This document shows positions 20,823-30,515 of a DNA stretch of 64,000 nt, in pieces. The translations under genes and the position numbers were made by a program. Source of the DNA: Acidobacteriota bacterium (lineage in GTDB: Bacteria > Acidobacteriota > UBA6911); NCBI GenBank assembly GCA_963664705.1, contig OY761556.1, positions 1,440,001-1,504,000 on the forward strand. The letters run 5' to 3'. Each line of letters opens with the position of its first letter. Position 1 is the stretch's first letter. The notes under the pieces are model-generated. The model was not told the DNA's origin. It searched no databases and worked only from the letters and a program-made list of their open reading frames with translations.

Positions 20823-21950
20823 ATGCGAAAAAGGATCGGAATTTCTGCACTGGCGATATTTTTCTTCCTTGGAATTCTCCCTTGCCTGTTCGCCCAGGCG
20901 TCCGCCCCGAAGGCGTATGTTTTGACGCTGACCAGCACTTTGACGGAGGCCAGCATGTTCAGCGGCCAGACGTCGCAGCTCAAGGTCTACCGCAACGGGT
21001 CGAAGGAATTGGTGGATCTGACCATCGGCCCGTGGAAGGACAATCCGAAAGGCGTCCATTACCGGTATCTGTTTGACCTGCAGGCGCACAAAGCGTATTC
21101 CCAGGATCTGATCAATAATGCCTGTTCCTGGATGAGCTATGTGTCTGCGCGTATTCCTGTCTGGTATGACCCCATGACCGCGCTGGATGCGGCCCTGCGC
21201 GCCGAGATGGCCAAATCCGGCCAGCGGCGGGCCGGGATCGAAACCGTCAACGGGTTTCCGTCCACCCTGCTGGAATCTGATTCCCCGGAAGGCAAGGTCC
21301 GAACCTGGATCGCTCAGAACGGCGATTTTCCGGTGAAGATGACGATGCAGCCCAAAAACGGGCCGCTGCGCGTCATGCTGGAGCTTCTCAAGGCGGAATT
21401 CACGGCGCCCGCGGACTCGCTGCTGGTGCCGCCCGGGAATTGCAGCAGTCAGACGCAGGGGGAATGGAGTGATACCGGTCTCCATGCGAGCGCAGGGGCG
21501 AATATAGATGTGCAGGCTTCGGCATCCGCGGATCTGGCAAAGGGAAAAACACAGTCGCAGGTTTCCGCCAAAATGGGCCAGGCCGGGACGGATAGTGCTC
21601 TGGACGGCCTTTCGGACGAGCTGACCCTGCCGCCTTCCAAAAATGTTTGTACCGTTGTGTTCCGCGTAGTCCAGAAGGATGGAATGAAAGCGATCACCAG
21701 CGGACTCAAGATCAAGCTCAATAACCGCGAAGTGAGCGCGCAGTATCAAAACGGCGCGCTTCGGACCCCGAATGCGCCGGCGCAGCTTTCCTTTGAGGTT
21801 GAAAACAGCGAAGGTGCGGGATGGGGAACGAGCATCTCAAGGCAATGCTATGGGCCGGAGACAGTTCTGATGCTTGTGCTGGGGAAGGAGTTTTCCGACA
21901 CGCATTGGTATTGGGCGAAATCGGGCAAGTACGCCGCAATCACCAAATAA
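20823..21950 (+). CDS. Secreted hypothetical protein (LolA/DUF4412-like N-terminal half)
   Basis: Signal peptide, GAGG RBS, GIETVNGF…WIAQNGDFPVKM…F..P motif. Confidence 0.7.
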   Translation: MRKRIGISALAIFFFLGILPCLFAQASAPKAYVLTLTSTLTEASMFSGQTSQLKVYRNGSKELVDLTIGPWKDNPKGVHYRYLFDLQAHKAYSQDLINNACSWMSYVSARIPVWYDPMTALDAALRAEMAKSGQRRAGIETVNGFPSTLLESDSPEGKVRTWIAQNGDFPVKMTMQPKNGPLRVMLELLKAEFTAPADSLLVPPGNCSSQTQGEWSDTGLHASAGANIDVQASASADLAKGKTQSQVSAKMGQAGTDSALDGLSDELTLPPSKNVCTVVFRVVQKDGMKAITSGLKIKLNNREVSAQYQNGALRTPNAPAQLSFEVENSEGAGWGTSISRQCYGPETVLMLVLGKEFSDTHWYWAKSGKYAAITK

Positions 21951-21954
21951 GGCA

Positions 21955-21996
21955 CTGGGAACGCCGGCGCTTACTGTAGATGCCGGCGCTCCCAGC
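21955..21996. terminator. Palindrome between convergent genes (CTGGGA…GCCGGC / GCCGGCGCTCCCAG)
   Basis: Imperfect inverted repeat; a related CCGGCGCTCCCAG lies at ~670-682. Confidence 0.5.
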
Positions 21997-22002
21997 AGGA
22001 TG

Positions 22003-22911
22003 TTATGCGAGTCCCAGCTTGGCTTTGAGCGAAACCATGGTGTTCTTCATGAGCATTGTGATGGTCATGGGGCCGACGCCGCCTGGAACCGGTGTGATGG
22101 AGCCGGCGATCTCTTTGGCTTTGTCGAAATCGACATCGCCGCGAAGAATCGCGACCTTTTTGCCGGTCTTTTCGCTGATCTTTTCGCCCACGCGGTTGAC
22201 GCCGACGTCAATGACGCAGGCACCGGGCTTGATCCATTCCGGTTTCACAAGGCCGGGAACTCCCGCGGCAACGATCAGAATGTCGGCGCGGAGGCAATGC
22301 GAGGCCATATCCTTTGTCGCGGTGTGAACGATCGTGACGGTGGAGTTGGCGCCCTTGGCCTTCTGGAGCATCATGTTGGCAATTGGCTTGCCGACGATAT
22401 TGGACCGGCCGACAACCACGACTTCCGCGCCGTCGGTCTTGGCGCCGGAGCGCACAATCAGTTCCTGGATGCCGGCAGGGGTGCAGGGTGGGAATTTGCA
22501 TTCGCCGCCGCCGATCATGATTCTGCCTACATTGACCGGGTGGAATCCGTCCACGTCTTTGTCGGGGTTGATTGCGTTGATGACCTTCTTTTCGTCAATG
22601 TGCTTCGGGAGCGGCAGCTGAACCAGGATCCCGTTGATCGTGTCGTCATTATTATATTTTTCGATCAGGGCCAGCAGGTCTTTTTCGGAGATATCGGCAG
22701 GCTGGTTGTCCTGTACCTCTTTGAAGCCGAGGCTGTGAGCCGTCTGGATCTTCAGCGTGACATAGGATACGGACGCGGGGTTTTCCCCCACCAGGATGGT
22801 CGCCAGGCCTGGAACGACGCCATGTGATTTCTTGATCTTTTCTACTTCTTCTTTAATTTCCGCGAGAATTGTTTCCCGGATCTCGGTGCCCAGGATAAGT
22901 TTTGCCGTCAT
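22003..22911 (-). CDS. folD: Methylenetetrahydrofolate dehydrogenase/cyclohydrolase
   Basis: GILVQLPLP, KDVDGFHP, PCTPAG, GRSNIVGKP, TPVPGGVGPMT. Confidence 0.96.
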   Translation of the reverse strand: MTAKLILGTEIRETILAEIKEEVEKIKKSHGVVPGLATILVGENPASVSYVTLKIQTAHSLGFKEVQDNQPADISEKDLLALIEKYNNDDTINGILVQLPLPKHIDEKKVINAINPDKDVDGFHPVNVGRIMIGGGECKFPPCTPAGIQELIVRSGAKTDGAEVVVVGRSNIVGKPIANMMLQKAKGANSTVTIVHTATKDMASHCLRADILIVAAGVPGLVKPEWIKPGACVIDVGVNRVGEKISEKTGKKVAILRGDVDFDKAKEIAGSITPVPGGVGPMTITMLMKNTMVSLKAKLGLA

Positions 22912-22990
22912 ATACTCTGTCTCCATGTTCAAATAAAGGGACTACAGCTTACGACACTCTGGCCTGGAAAGCGAGCGATCAAAATTGGAA

Positions 22991-23051
22991 AGACAGGAGG
23001 CAGGAGGCAGGAGACAGGAGGCAGGAGACAGGAGGCAGGAGGCAGGAGGCA
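22991..23051. repeat. CAGGAG(G/A) heptamer tandem array
   Basis: About 8 units directly abutting the AACGTCC array. Confidence 0.9.
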
Positions 23052-23056
23052 AGATC

Positions 23057-23497
23057 TCAACGTCCAACGTCCCAACGTCCAACGTCCCAACGTCCCAACG
23101 TCCAACGTCAACGTCCCCACGTCCAACGTCCAACGTCCCAACGTCCCAACGTCCCCAACGTCCAACGTCCAACGTCCCAACGTTCAACGTCCCAACGTCC
23201 CCAACGTCCAACGTCCCAACGTTCAACGTCCCAACGTCCAACGTCCAACGTTTCAGCGTCCAACGTTCAACGTCAACGTCCCCACGTCCAACGTCCAACG
23301 TCCCAACGTCCCAACGTCCAACGTCCCAACGTCCAACGTTCAACGTCCCAACGTTCAACGTCCCAACGTCCCAACGTCCAACGTCCCAACGTCCCAACGT
23401 CCAACGTTCAACGTCCCAACGTCCAACGTCCAACGTCCAACGTTTCAGCGTCTCAACGTCCCCAACGTCCAACGTTCAACGTTCAACGTTCAACGTT
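23057..23497. repeat. Long AACGTCC/AACGTCCC tandem array (~440 bp)
   Basis: Mixed 7/8-nt units with internally duplicated variant blocks. Confidence 0.95.
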
Positions 23498-25141
23498 TAC
23501 CCTGACAATCCGATGATATTTTTCTACCGGATGAATCATCAAAAACCGCTTTCCATCCGGGCTGATATCCCAATCCATCGCTGCGCCGCCGTCGTCGGAC
23601 GAGGCGCTCTCCGGCATCCAGAATAATGGCAGGGCCTTTCCGGTTCTCATAGCGGGGCTTGTCTCGACCGGGATCGCAATGATGGCCTCTGCCTGGCGGT
23701 AGAATATTTCCTTGCCATCCGGCGACCAGAGCGGGTTGGTTCCGCCGGCAACCGAAATCACAAACTTCTCGCGGGTGATTTCGGGGAAGGGACTCACATA
23801 GATTTCTTTTCTGCCCGTATCGTCGGAGGAATAGGCGATCCACTGGCCATCGGGGGAGATCTGCGGCAGGGAACCCGGGTCGGCGCCGGGGATACTGAGC
23901 AGCGTGAGTTCCTTGTCCGATCTGGCGGTGTAGAAGAGATAGGGTTTCTGGGGGATGGTAAGGAGCCGTTCCAGGTTTCCGGTTCCGTCCCACAGTTTCC
24001 GGACGATGTCATAGTTCGTTTTGTCCGGAGCAAAATGGTACACGACGTGACGGCCGTCGAATGTCCACAGAGGGTTTCCCGGGTTTGCCTCCGAGGTCAG
24101 GCGGGACAGGCTCTTGCGTGCGCAGTCCCAGATCCAGATGCCTCCGCTTTTGCCGTTATCGACCGTCAGCGCAATATGTGCGGCGTCGGGAGATATTTTT
24201 ACATGAGAATAGCGATCAGGAGTTATTCCCAGCGGTTCGATTTTGCCTTCGCGCGTGAGCCAGGACAGGGTGGATGTGCGGGTGGGAAGGCTGGTTGCAT
24301 CTTCGGGGATGTAGACGAACGTGCCGTTTCCGGAAGCCGCGTACTGCAGTGATCCATTATCCCAGATACTCCGCAGCACCGTCTCCGGCGGGCCCGCGAC
24401 TTCCAGTTTGTGGAGGTCGAAGGGAATTGCCCGGATGCTTTTGTCCGCCAGTTTATAAATAAGCCGGCCATCGGCGAGATACTGTCCTTTGGCTCCCGTC
24501 CACACGGTTTTTTCCTGGCCCGATTTGAGCGATCGCACCATGATCCTGGACTCGGCGGCGTTGCCCGTCGTGGTTGCGGTATACAGCAAGGAATCTCCGC
24601 CCGGCAGAATCTGCGGATAAATCGCCAGTTCTCCAACGGCATCCACGAGGACTTTCGCATTCCTGCCGTTGGCGGAAATCTGCACAATGGAGCGGCCATT
24701 CCGGCTGTAAACGATTGAGTCGTTGGTGAACCAGTGGGCCCCGGAGACCGCACCGGCGTTACGCAGCAGGATGACTTCGCCGGTCTCCAGCGATACCTTT
24801 TTCAGTTTCCCGTCGCGCTCGGAGATAAACCCCAGCCATTTGCTGTCCGGAGAGAAGAAAGGTTGTACCGGGGAACCCTGAGTGCCGCGCAGCAATCGGG
24901 TAGTCATGGGATTCCCCGAACACACGTAGATGCCGCTGGTCGTGCAATAGGCAAACTGTTTGCCGTCCGGCGATATCGCCAGGATGGACAGGCCGGTGTT
25001 GTTGAAGTGCTGGTAAACCGGCAGTTCGAATTCGGTCCGGTTTTCCGGCTGTGGGTGGAAGGACCGGATCTGGGAAGCGGCGGCGGATGCGAGTACAGCG
25101 AAGATCAACAAGAAGGTGATTCGCGGAATCCTGCGCATCAT
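23483..25141 (-). CDS. Secreted TolB-like/PD40 beta-propeller protein
   Basis: Signal peptide; repeated ISPDG/FSPDS/WSPDG motifs. Confidence 0.8.
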   Translation of the reverse strand: MMRRIPRITFLLIFAVLASAAASQIRSFHPQPENRTEFELPVYQHFNNTGLSILAISPDGKQFAYCTTSGIYVCSGNPMTTRLLRGTQGSPVQPFFSPDSKWLGFISERDGKLKKVSLETGEVILLRNAGAVSGAHWFTNDSIVYSRNGRSIVQISANGRNAKVLVDAVGELAIYPQILPGGDSLLYTATTTGNAAESRIMVRSLKSGQEKTVWTGAKGQYLADGRLIYKLADKSIRAIPFDLHKLEVAGPPETVLRSIWDNGSLQYAASGNGTFVYIPEDATSLPTRTSTLSWLTREGKIEPLGITPDRYSHVKISPDAAHIALTVDNGKSGGIWIWDCARKSLSRLTSEANPGNPLWTFDGRHVVYHFAPDKTNYDIVRKLWDGTGNLERLLTIPQKPYLFYTARSDKELTLLSIPGADPGSLPQISPDGQWIAYSSDDTGRKEIYVSPFPEITREKFVISVAGGTNPLWSPDGKEIFYRQAEAIIAIPVETSPAMRTGKALPLFWMPESASSDDGGAAMDWDISPDGKRFLMIHPVEKYHRIVRVNVER

Positions 25142-25276
25142 GGAATCTCCTGCATTCGTGCCTCACCGGGAGGGATCACTCTTGCCGCGAATGCCACGAA
25201 GCCTGATTGAAGGTTGCACCGAACGAATTTTGATTTATTATAGGCTCGTTCAAAACAACTTCTGGAGGAAAAAGAC

Positions 25277-25549
25277 TTGGATCAGAAAAAAAAGAAGGCT
25301 TCGCATGTCGTCCTGGCAGTGCACGTAACCAACCGTCTTAAAAAGGCGCCTCTTGTTCAAAAATCGCTTTCGCAGTATGGCGATGTGATCCGGACCCGCC
25401 TTGGGCTCCATGAAGTGGGCGGCGATTTTTCATCTCCTGAAGGGGTCATGCTTCTCGATATCGTTGAAGAACCGAAGGCCAAGCAGTTGCAGAAAATGCT
25501 GGATAAGATCGCCGGAATTGAAACCAAGCTGGTCGTGTTCAAACACTAA
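25277..25549 (+). CDS. Small ACT-like protein (TM1266 / iron-only hydrogenase regulator-like)
   Basis: VQKSLSQYGDVIRTRLGLHE motif; GGAGG RBS before TTG start. Confidence 0.6.
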   Translation: MDQKKKKASHVVLAVHVTNRLKKAPLVQKSLSQYGDVIRTRLGLHEVGGDFSSPEGVMLLDIVEEPKAKQLQKMLDKIAGIETKLVVFKH

Positions 25550-25555
25550 AGCGGA

Positions 25556-25604
25556 TGCCGCGTATTTCACGAGGTCGCGGAGGCGCCCTGTAAAATACGC
25601 GGCA
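25556..25604. terminator. Stem-loop after small gene
   Basis: TGCCGCGTATTT…AAATACGCGGCA 12-bp inverted repeat; no U-tract. Confidence 0.45.
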
Positions 25605-25662
25605 CCAGGATGCTCAAACCCCATCCGATCCACAATTCATCCATACCGAAAAATGGCAGGCT

Positions 25663-27831
25663 ATGAAAAATTTGCTTTTGGTTGCCATGGTTGCCGCACT
25701 GGCTACGTGCTCCTGTTCCGTGTCCGGCCCGGCCGAGTCCGAATCTTCCCGGATCCTCTATCCACAGACGAAGAAGGTTGACCTGGTGGAGGACCATTTC
25801 GGGACGCGCGTGGCGGATCCGTATCGCTGGCTCGAGGATGCCGATTCGGCCGATACGCGCGCCTGGGTCGAGGCCGAGAACAAGGTCACCCAGGGTTACC
25901 TCAGTCAGATCCCGGAGCGTGCCCGCATCAAAAAGAGGCTGACTTCGATCTGGAATTACGAACGGTATGGAGCGCCGGCGCACCGGGGGCCTTTTTACAT
26001 TTTCAGCCGCAACAGCGGTCTGCAGCGCCAGTCCGTCATTTACAAGGCGAAGGCTATCGATGCAGAGCCGGAGGTTTTGCTGGATCCGAACACTCTTTCC
26101 GCCGATGGCACGGTTGCGTTGAGCCACACTTCTTATACGGATGACGGCCGCTACATGGCTTATGGCGTGGCCGCCAGCGGGTCCGACTGGGTGGAGTGGC
26201 ATGTGCGTGAGGTGGAGACGGCGAAGGACCTGCCGGATGTCATTCGCTGGTCCAAATTCAGCGGCGCCTCGTGGCTGAAGGATGGGTCGGGCTTTTACTA
26301 CGGCCGCTACGATGAGCCGTCGCCCGGCAAGTCTCTTCAGGCCGTCAATAAAAATCAGAAACTGTTCTTCCACAAGCTCGGGACCGCGCAGGACAAAGAC
26401 CGTCTCGTATATGCGCGCGCCGACAAGCCGGACTGGAGTTTTGGCGCCGACGTTACGGACGACGGGCAATTCCTGGTTGTGACGCAAAGTGAGAGCACGG
26501 AAAACCGGAACCGCGTTTTCCTCCAGGATCTGCGGGAGAAATCCCCCAGGATGCAGCCTTTTCTGGACGCCTTTGACGCATCGTACATCGTCGTCGGCAA
26601 TGATGCCGATGTTTTTTATGTGCTGACCAACCGGAATGCGCCGCGTTACAGAATGGTGGCGATAGAGCGCAGCAGGCCGCAGCCGGAGGCATGGAAGACG
26701 CTGATCCCGGAGCCCGCCGGCCGCGTGGTGCTGGAAGACGTGACGATGGTGAACAATCAGTTTGTCGGACTGCTGCTGACCGATGCGCGCAGCAGTCTTC
26801 AAATTTACGGCCTCGACGGGAAACGGGGGAAGGAAATTGCATTGCCTTCGATCGGGAGCGTCAGCGCCTTTGTCGGGCTGCGCGCGCAGAAGGAGGCCTT
26901 TTACTCATTCGGGTCCTATCTGTATCCGACGACCATTTACAGATATGATTTCCCGCAGGGGATCAGCACCGTTTTCAAAAAGCCTCTCGTCAGTTTTGAT
27001 GCCGCGCGGTACGAAACCGTCGAGGCGTTTTACCCATCCAAGGATGGAACGAAAATTCCTATGTTCATCACCTACCGCAAGGGGCTGGTGCGGAATACGC
27101 AGAATCCGACTCTGCTCTATGGGTATGGAGGATTCAACGTTTCGGAGACTCCCGGATTTTCGCCGGCATCCGCGGGATGGCTGGAAATGGGAGGCATCTA
27201 TGCCGTTGCATGCCTGCGCGGAGGCGGTGAATACGGGCAGGAGTGGTATGACGCCGGGCGGCTGAAGAACAAGCAGAATGTGTTCGATGATTTCATCGCC
27301 GGAGCCGAATATCTCATCCGGGAGGGGTACACTTCAACGCCGAAGCTGGCTATCCAGGGCGGGAGCAATGGCGGGCTCCTGGTCGGCGCATGCATCACGC
27401 AGAGGCCGGATCTTTTTGGGGCCGCGCTGCCCGCCGTGGGCGTGATGGACCTGCTCCGGTTTCACAAATTCACCATCGGGTGGGCGTGGAAATCCGATTA
27501 CGGCGATCCCGATAAAAAAGAGGATTTCGAAATTGCTTACCGGTATTCGCCGCTGCACAACATCCATGCCGGGACACGATATCCGGCGACCTTCATCACG
27601 ACGGCGGATCATGACGATCGCGTCGCGCCGCTCCACAGTTTCAAATTTGCCGCCACGCTGCAGGCCGCGCAGGCCGGAACGGCTCCGGTGTTGATCCGGA
27701 TTGAAACGAAGGCGGGGCACGGAGGCGGAAAGCCGACCGATAAGCTCATTGAGGAGCGGGCCGATATGTACGGGTTTCTTTTCCGTGAGCTGAAGATGAC
27801 GTTCCCTCCCGATTTCGGCGGAGGGGTATAG
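25663..27831 (+). CDS. Prolyl oligopeptidase (S9A)
   Basis: DPYRWLED, GGSNGGLL catalytic Ser, DHDDRV, AGHGGG; export signal. Confidence 0.95.
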   Translation: MKNLLLVAMVAALATCSCSVSGPAESESSRILYPQTKKVDLVEDHFGTRVADPYRWLEDADSADTRAWVEAENKVTQGYLSQIPERARIKKRLTSIWNYERYGAPAHRGPFYIFSRNSGLQRQSVIYKAKAIDAEPEVLLDPNTLSADGTVALSHTSYTDDGRYMAYGVAASGSDWVEWHVREVETAKDLPDVIRWSKFSGASWLKDGSGFYYGRYDEPSPGKSLQAVNKNQKLFFHKLGTAQDKDRLVYARADKPDWSFGADVTDDGQFLVVTQSESTENRNRVFLQDLREKSPRMQPFLDAFDASYIVVGNDADVFYVLTNRNAPRYRMVAIERSRPQPEAWKTLIPEPAGRVVLEDVTMVNNQFVGLLLTDARSSLQIYGLDGKRGKEIALPSIGSVSAFVGLRAQKEAFYSFGSYLYPTTIYRYDFPQGISTVFKKPLVSFDAARYETVEAFYPSKDGTKIPMFITYRKGLVRNTQNPTLLYGYGGFNVSETPGFSPASAGWLEMGGIYAVACLRGGGEYGQEWYDAGRLKNKQNVFDDFIAGAEYLIREGYTSTPKLAIQGGSNGGLLVGACITQRPDLFGAALPAVGVMDLLRFHKFTIGWAWKSDYGDPDKKEDFEIAYRYSPLHNIHAGTRYPATFITTADHDDRVAPLHSFKFAATLQAAQAGTAPVLIRIETKAGHGGGKPTDKLIEERADMYGFLFRELKMTFPPDFGGGV

Positions 27832-27833
27832 GG

Positions 27834-27868
27834 AACGTTGGACGTTGCACGTTGGAACGTTGGAACGT
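27834..27868. repeat. ACGTTGG heptamer array (left arm of pair with 28251-28687)
   Basis: Five units starting 3 bp after the peptidase stop. Confidence 0.85.
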
Positions 27869-27872
27869 GACG

Positions 27873-28202
27873 CTACCGGCGTAGCTGCTTTTGACGCCAG
27901 AGATCGTTCCCCCCGGCGCGGCCATCCTGCAGACGATCATACAGGCTCGGATATTTTGCCTGAAAGCTCTTCTCGTTCAGGTTTTCGTCCAGCAGCTTTC
28001 CTTCCGAATTCTTGACCGTGTAGACCGTTCCCTTCTCCCCTTTGCTGATCGTGACAACCTTGTCCCGCATCTTAAGGTGTCCCAGAACCACTCCGCCAGT
28101 CGTGGAAATCTGAGTCCCTTTTTCCTCGGCAAAAGGATTTGTGATCACGATGAAAGTAAGGCAGACAGCCACAATACAGGAACAGATAAGTACTTTTTTC
28201 AT
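27873..28202 (-). CDS. Small exported hypothetical protein
   Basis: MKKVLIC… hydrophobic N-terminus, GGGGG RBS; the longer ORF extension is repeat-derived. Confidence 0.7.
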   Translation of the reverse strand: MKKVLICSCIVAVCLTFIVITNPFAEEKGTQISTTGGVVLGHLKMRDKVVTISKGEKGTVYTVKNSEGKLLDENLNEKSFQAKYPSLYDRLQDGRAGGNDLWRQKQLRR

Positions 28203-28250
28203 GAAGCACCCCCCTGCTGAAGCTATTATCCCGCGAATCGATCCCGCCGG

Positions 28251-28687
28251 CAACGTCCAACGTCCCAACGTCCAACGTCCAACGTCCCAACGTCCAACGT
28301 CCAACGTCCCAACGTCCCAACGTCCCAACGTCCCAACGTCCAACGTCCCAACGTCCAACGTCCCAACGTCCAACGTCCAACGTCCCAACGTCCAACGTCC
28401 AACGTCCCAACGTCCCAACGTCCAACGTCCCAACGTCCAACGTCCAACGTCCAACGTCCCAACGTCCCAACGTCCAACGTTTCAACGTCCAACGTCCAAC
28501 GTCCCAACGTCCAACGTCTCAACGTCCCAACGTCTCAACGTCTCAACGTCCAACGTCCCAACGTCCCAACGTCCAACGTCCCAACGTCCAACGTCCAACG
28601 TCCCAACGTCCAACGTCCCAACGTCCAACGTCTCAACGTCCAACGTCCAACGTCCAACGTCCAACGTCCCACGTTTCATCGTCCAAC
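28251..28687. repeat. Long AACGTCC/AACGTCCC tandem array (~435 bp)
   Basis: Nearly pure 7/8-nt units. Confidence 0.95.
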
Positions 28688-29569
28688 CGAAACCAGGTAC
28701 CAGAATGCCGTGGTGCCGAGGGAGATCAACGTTCCGACGCTGACCATCAGGTTTGCGAGCCGCGGATTGAGTTTGTACTCCGATGCCAGGATGGCGGACG
28801 TGATCATCGGAGCCATCGCCGCTTCCAGAATGCTGGCCCGCGCCGGGAATCCTCGCACGCCGAAGACGAGCGCAGCGCCGAACACCAGTGCCGGCGCGAT
28901 CAGCAGTTTATAGGCCAGACCGGCCGACAGGCACTTTACCTCGCGTTTCCATTCCGAAAAGTGAATCTGGAGCCCGACGGAAAAGAGTGCCAGGGGCACA
29001 AGCGTGTTTCCCAGGCGCGTCAGCAGTGGGACCACAGGATCGAGGCTGACAAATCGCGGGAGGATGAGCGCCAGCGCAAAGGCCGCAAAAGGCGGGAATC
29101 TCACCAGGGTTTTCAAAACACCTTTTTGTGCGGTGCTGTGTGACGCCCGCAGGGCGGTCATGACGCCAAAAGCCGAGAGGACGATGAAGTTGACCTGGTC
29201 GCAGATCACGGCAATGCGAAGCCCTTCGTGTCCCAGGTAGGCTTCCGTGAGCGGGAAGCCGATAAAAGACGTGTTTCCGAGTCCCGCGGTCAGGAGCAGG
29301 GCGGCCTGGGTCTGTTTGTCCGGCGAAATTCTGTTGCCGAAAAACTTCAGTGCGGTCCAGGCGACCAGCCAGAGCCCCACCGGCATGGCGGCCGGAAGGA
29401 TCAGCGACGTGCTCCACTCGATTGCGGGGATATACAGCAGCGACATGGAGGGCAGCGCAATATACAGAATCCACGCATTGATGCCTTTGTGCGCGTTTTC
29501 GGGAAGCGTTCCGGTTGAGCGCAGAATCAGGCCCGCCACAAGACAAACCGCTATCAGAACAAAATTCAT
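28676..29569 (-). CDS. AEC (auxin efflux carrier/malate permease) family transporter
   Basis: About 10 TM helices, GNTSFIGFP, PLALFSVG, EAAMAP. Confidence 0.85.
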   Translation of the reverse strand: MNFVLIAVCLVAGLILRSTGTLPENAHKGINAWILYIALPSMSLLYIPAIEWSTSLILPAAMPVGLWLVAWTALKFFGNRISPDKQTQAALLLTAGLGNTSFIGFPLTEAYLGHEGLRIAVICDQVNFIVLSAFGVMTALRASHSTAQKGVLKTLVRFPPFAAFALALILPRFVSLDPVVPLLTRLGNTLVPLALFSVGLQIHFSEWKREVKCLSAGLAYKLLIAPALVFGAALVFGVRGFPARASILEAAMAPMITSAILASEYKLNPRLANLMVSVGTLISLGTTAFWYLVSVGR

Positions 29570-29692
29570 ACCATCCCCTGCCAGGCTATTTGATGCCGAC
29601 TGCTTTACGGCGGGCAGAGATTATCATATCTTTATGGTTTAATCGCATGCGGCAATGTTTTATTGGCAGTGTATCGAACCTGAGGTGGACGG

Positions 29693-30265
29693 ATGGCATT
29701 GATAGGTGCAAACGAACTGAAGAGGAAAATGTTGATCGAAATTGACGGGCAGCCCTATACCGTTATGGATGTGTTCTTCGCAACTCCGAGTGCCCGTGGA
29801 GCTTCGACGATGGTCCGTACGAAACTGCGGCACCTGATCAACGACTCCGTGCTGGAGAAGACGTTCAAGACGAGCGAAAAGTTTCCCGAACCGGATGTCT
29901 CGCTGACTCCCGCGTCCTATCTCTATTCCGATGCGGACGGGTTTTACTTCATGGACGAAAGCAGCTTTGAACAATTTTCTCTTACTGCCGAACAGCTTGG
30001 CGATGACCGGCTGTACCTGAAAGAAGGGATTTCGCTGCAGGTCCGCAAGTACAACAGCCTGCCGATATCGATGCAGCTGCCTCCCTTTGTTGAACTGGCG
30101 GTAGCATCGACCGAACTGGGGCTGCGTGGAGACACCGCTTCCGGCGGCACAACCAAACCGGCGACACTCGAGACCGGATTGCAGGTGCGCGTGCCGCTTT
30201 TCATCAAGGAGGGGGAAGTCGTGCGCGTCAGCACCCAGACCGGTGAGTTTGTCGGACGGGCGTGA
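29693..30265 (+). CDS. efp: Elongation factor P family (Arg at conserved loop: PSARG)
   Basis: YLYSD, RGDTASG.TKPATLETG, VPLFIKEGE. Confidence 0.9.
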   Translation: MALIGANELKRKMLIEIDGQPYTVMDVFFATPSARGASTMVRTKLRHLINDSVLEKTFKTSEKFPEPDVSLTPASYLYSDADGFYFMDESSFEQFSLTAEQLGDDRLYLKEGISLQVRKYNSLPISMQLPPFVELAVASTELGLRGDTASGGTTKPATLETGLQVRVPLFIKEGEVVRVSTQTGEFVGRA

Positions 30266-30268
30266 AGA

Positions 30269-30321
30269 AAATTACGAATTACGATTGACGAATGACGAAT
30301 TGTGAGAAGCGCGCGGATCTC
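30269..30321. repeat. ACGAAT(T/G) heptamer array plus unique tail, directly repeated at 32333-32399
   Basis: …GACGAATTGTG(A/G)GAAG(C/G)GCGCGGATCTC shared by both copies. Confidence 0.8.
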
Positions 30322-30515
30322 ATTGGTCGGGCCTCTGCAATTTATCCGCATTTCTGGAATAACCCAAACCGATAAAATCAACGCAAGCAAAGCGCCGGAG
30401 GCGCGGCAGATAGTAGACATAATGGAGTGATCGGTCTCTAGCATGTAATATCGTGGGTTACAGCTGAAGTCGTGGTGACAAAGCTGCAGAGCCATAAAAC
30501 ATGAGGAGACCGATC

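Noticed and set aside
22902-23626. ORFs rich in NVQRPTS / TLDVGRW (also near 2556-2828, 15175-15815 and 28072-28743)
   Set aside because: These are translations of stop-poor heptamer arrays open in several frames on both strands; no evidence they are proteins.
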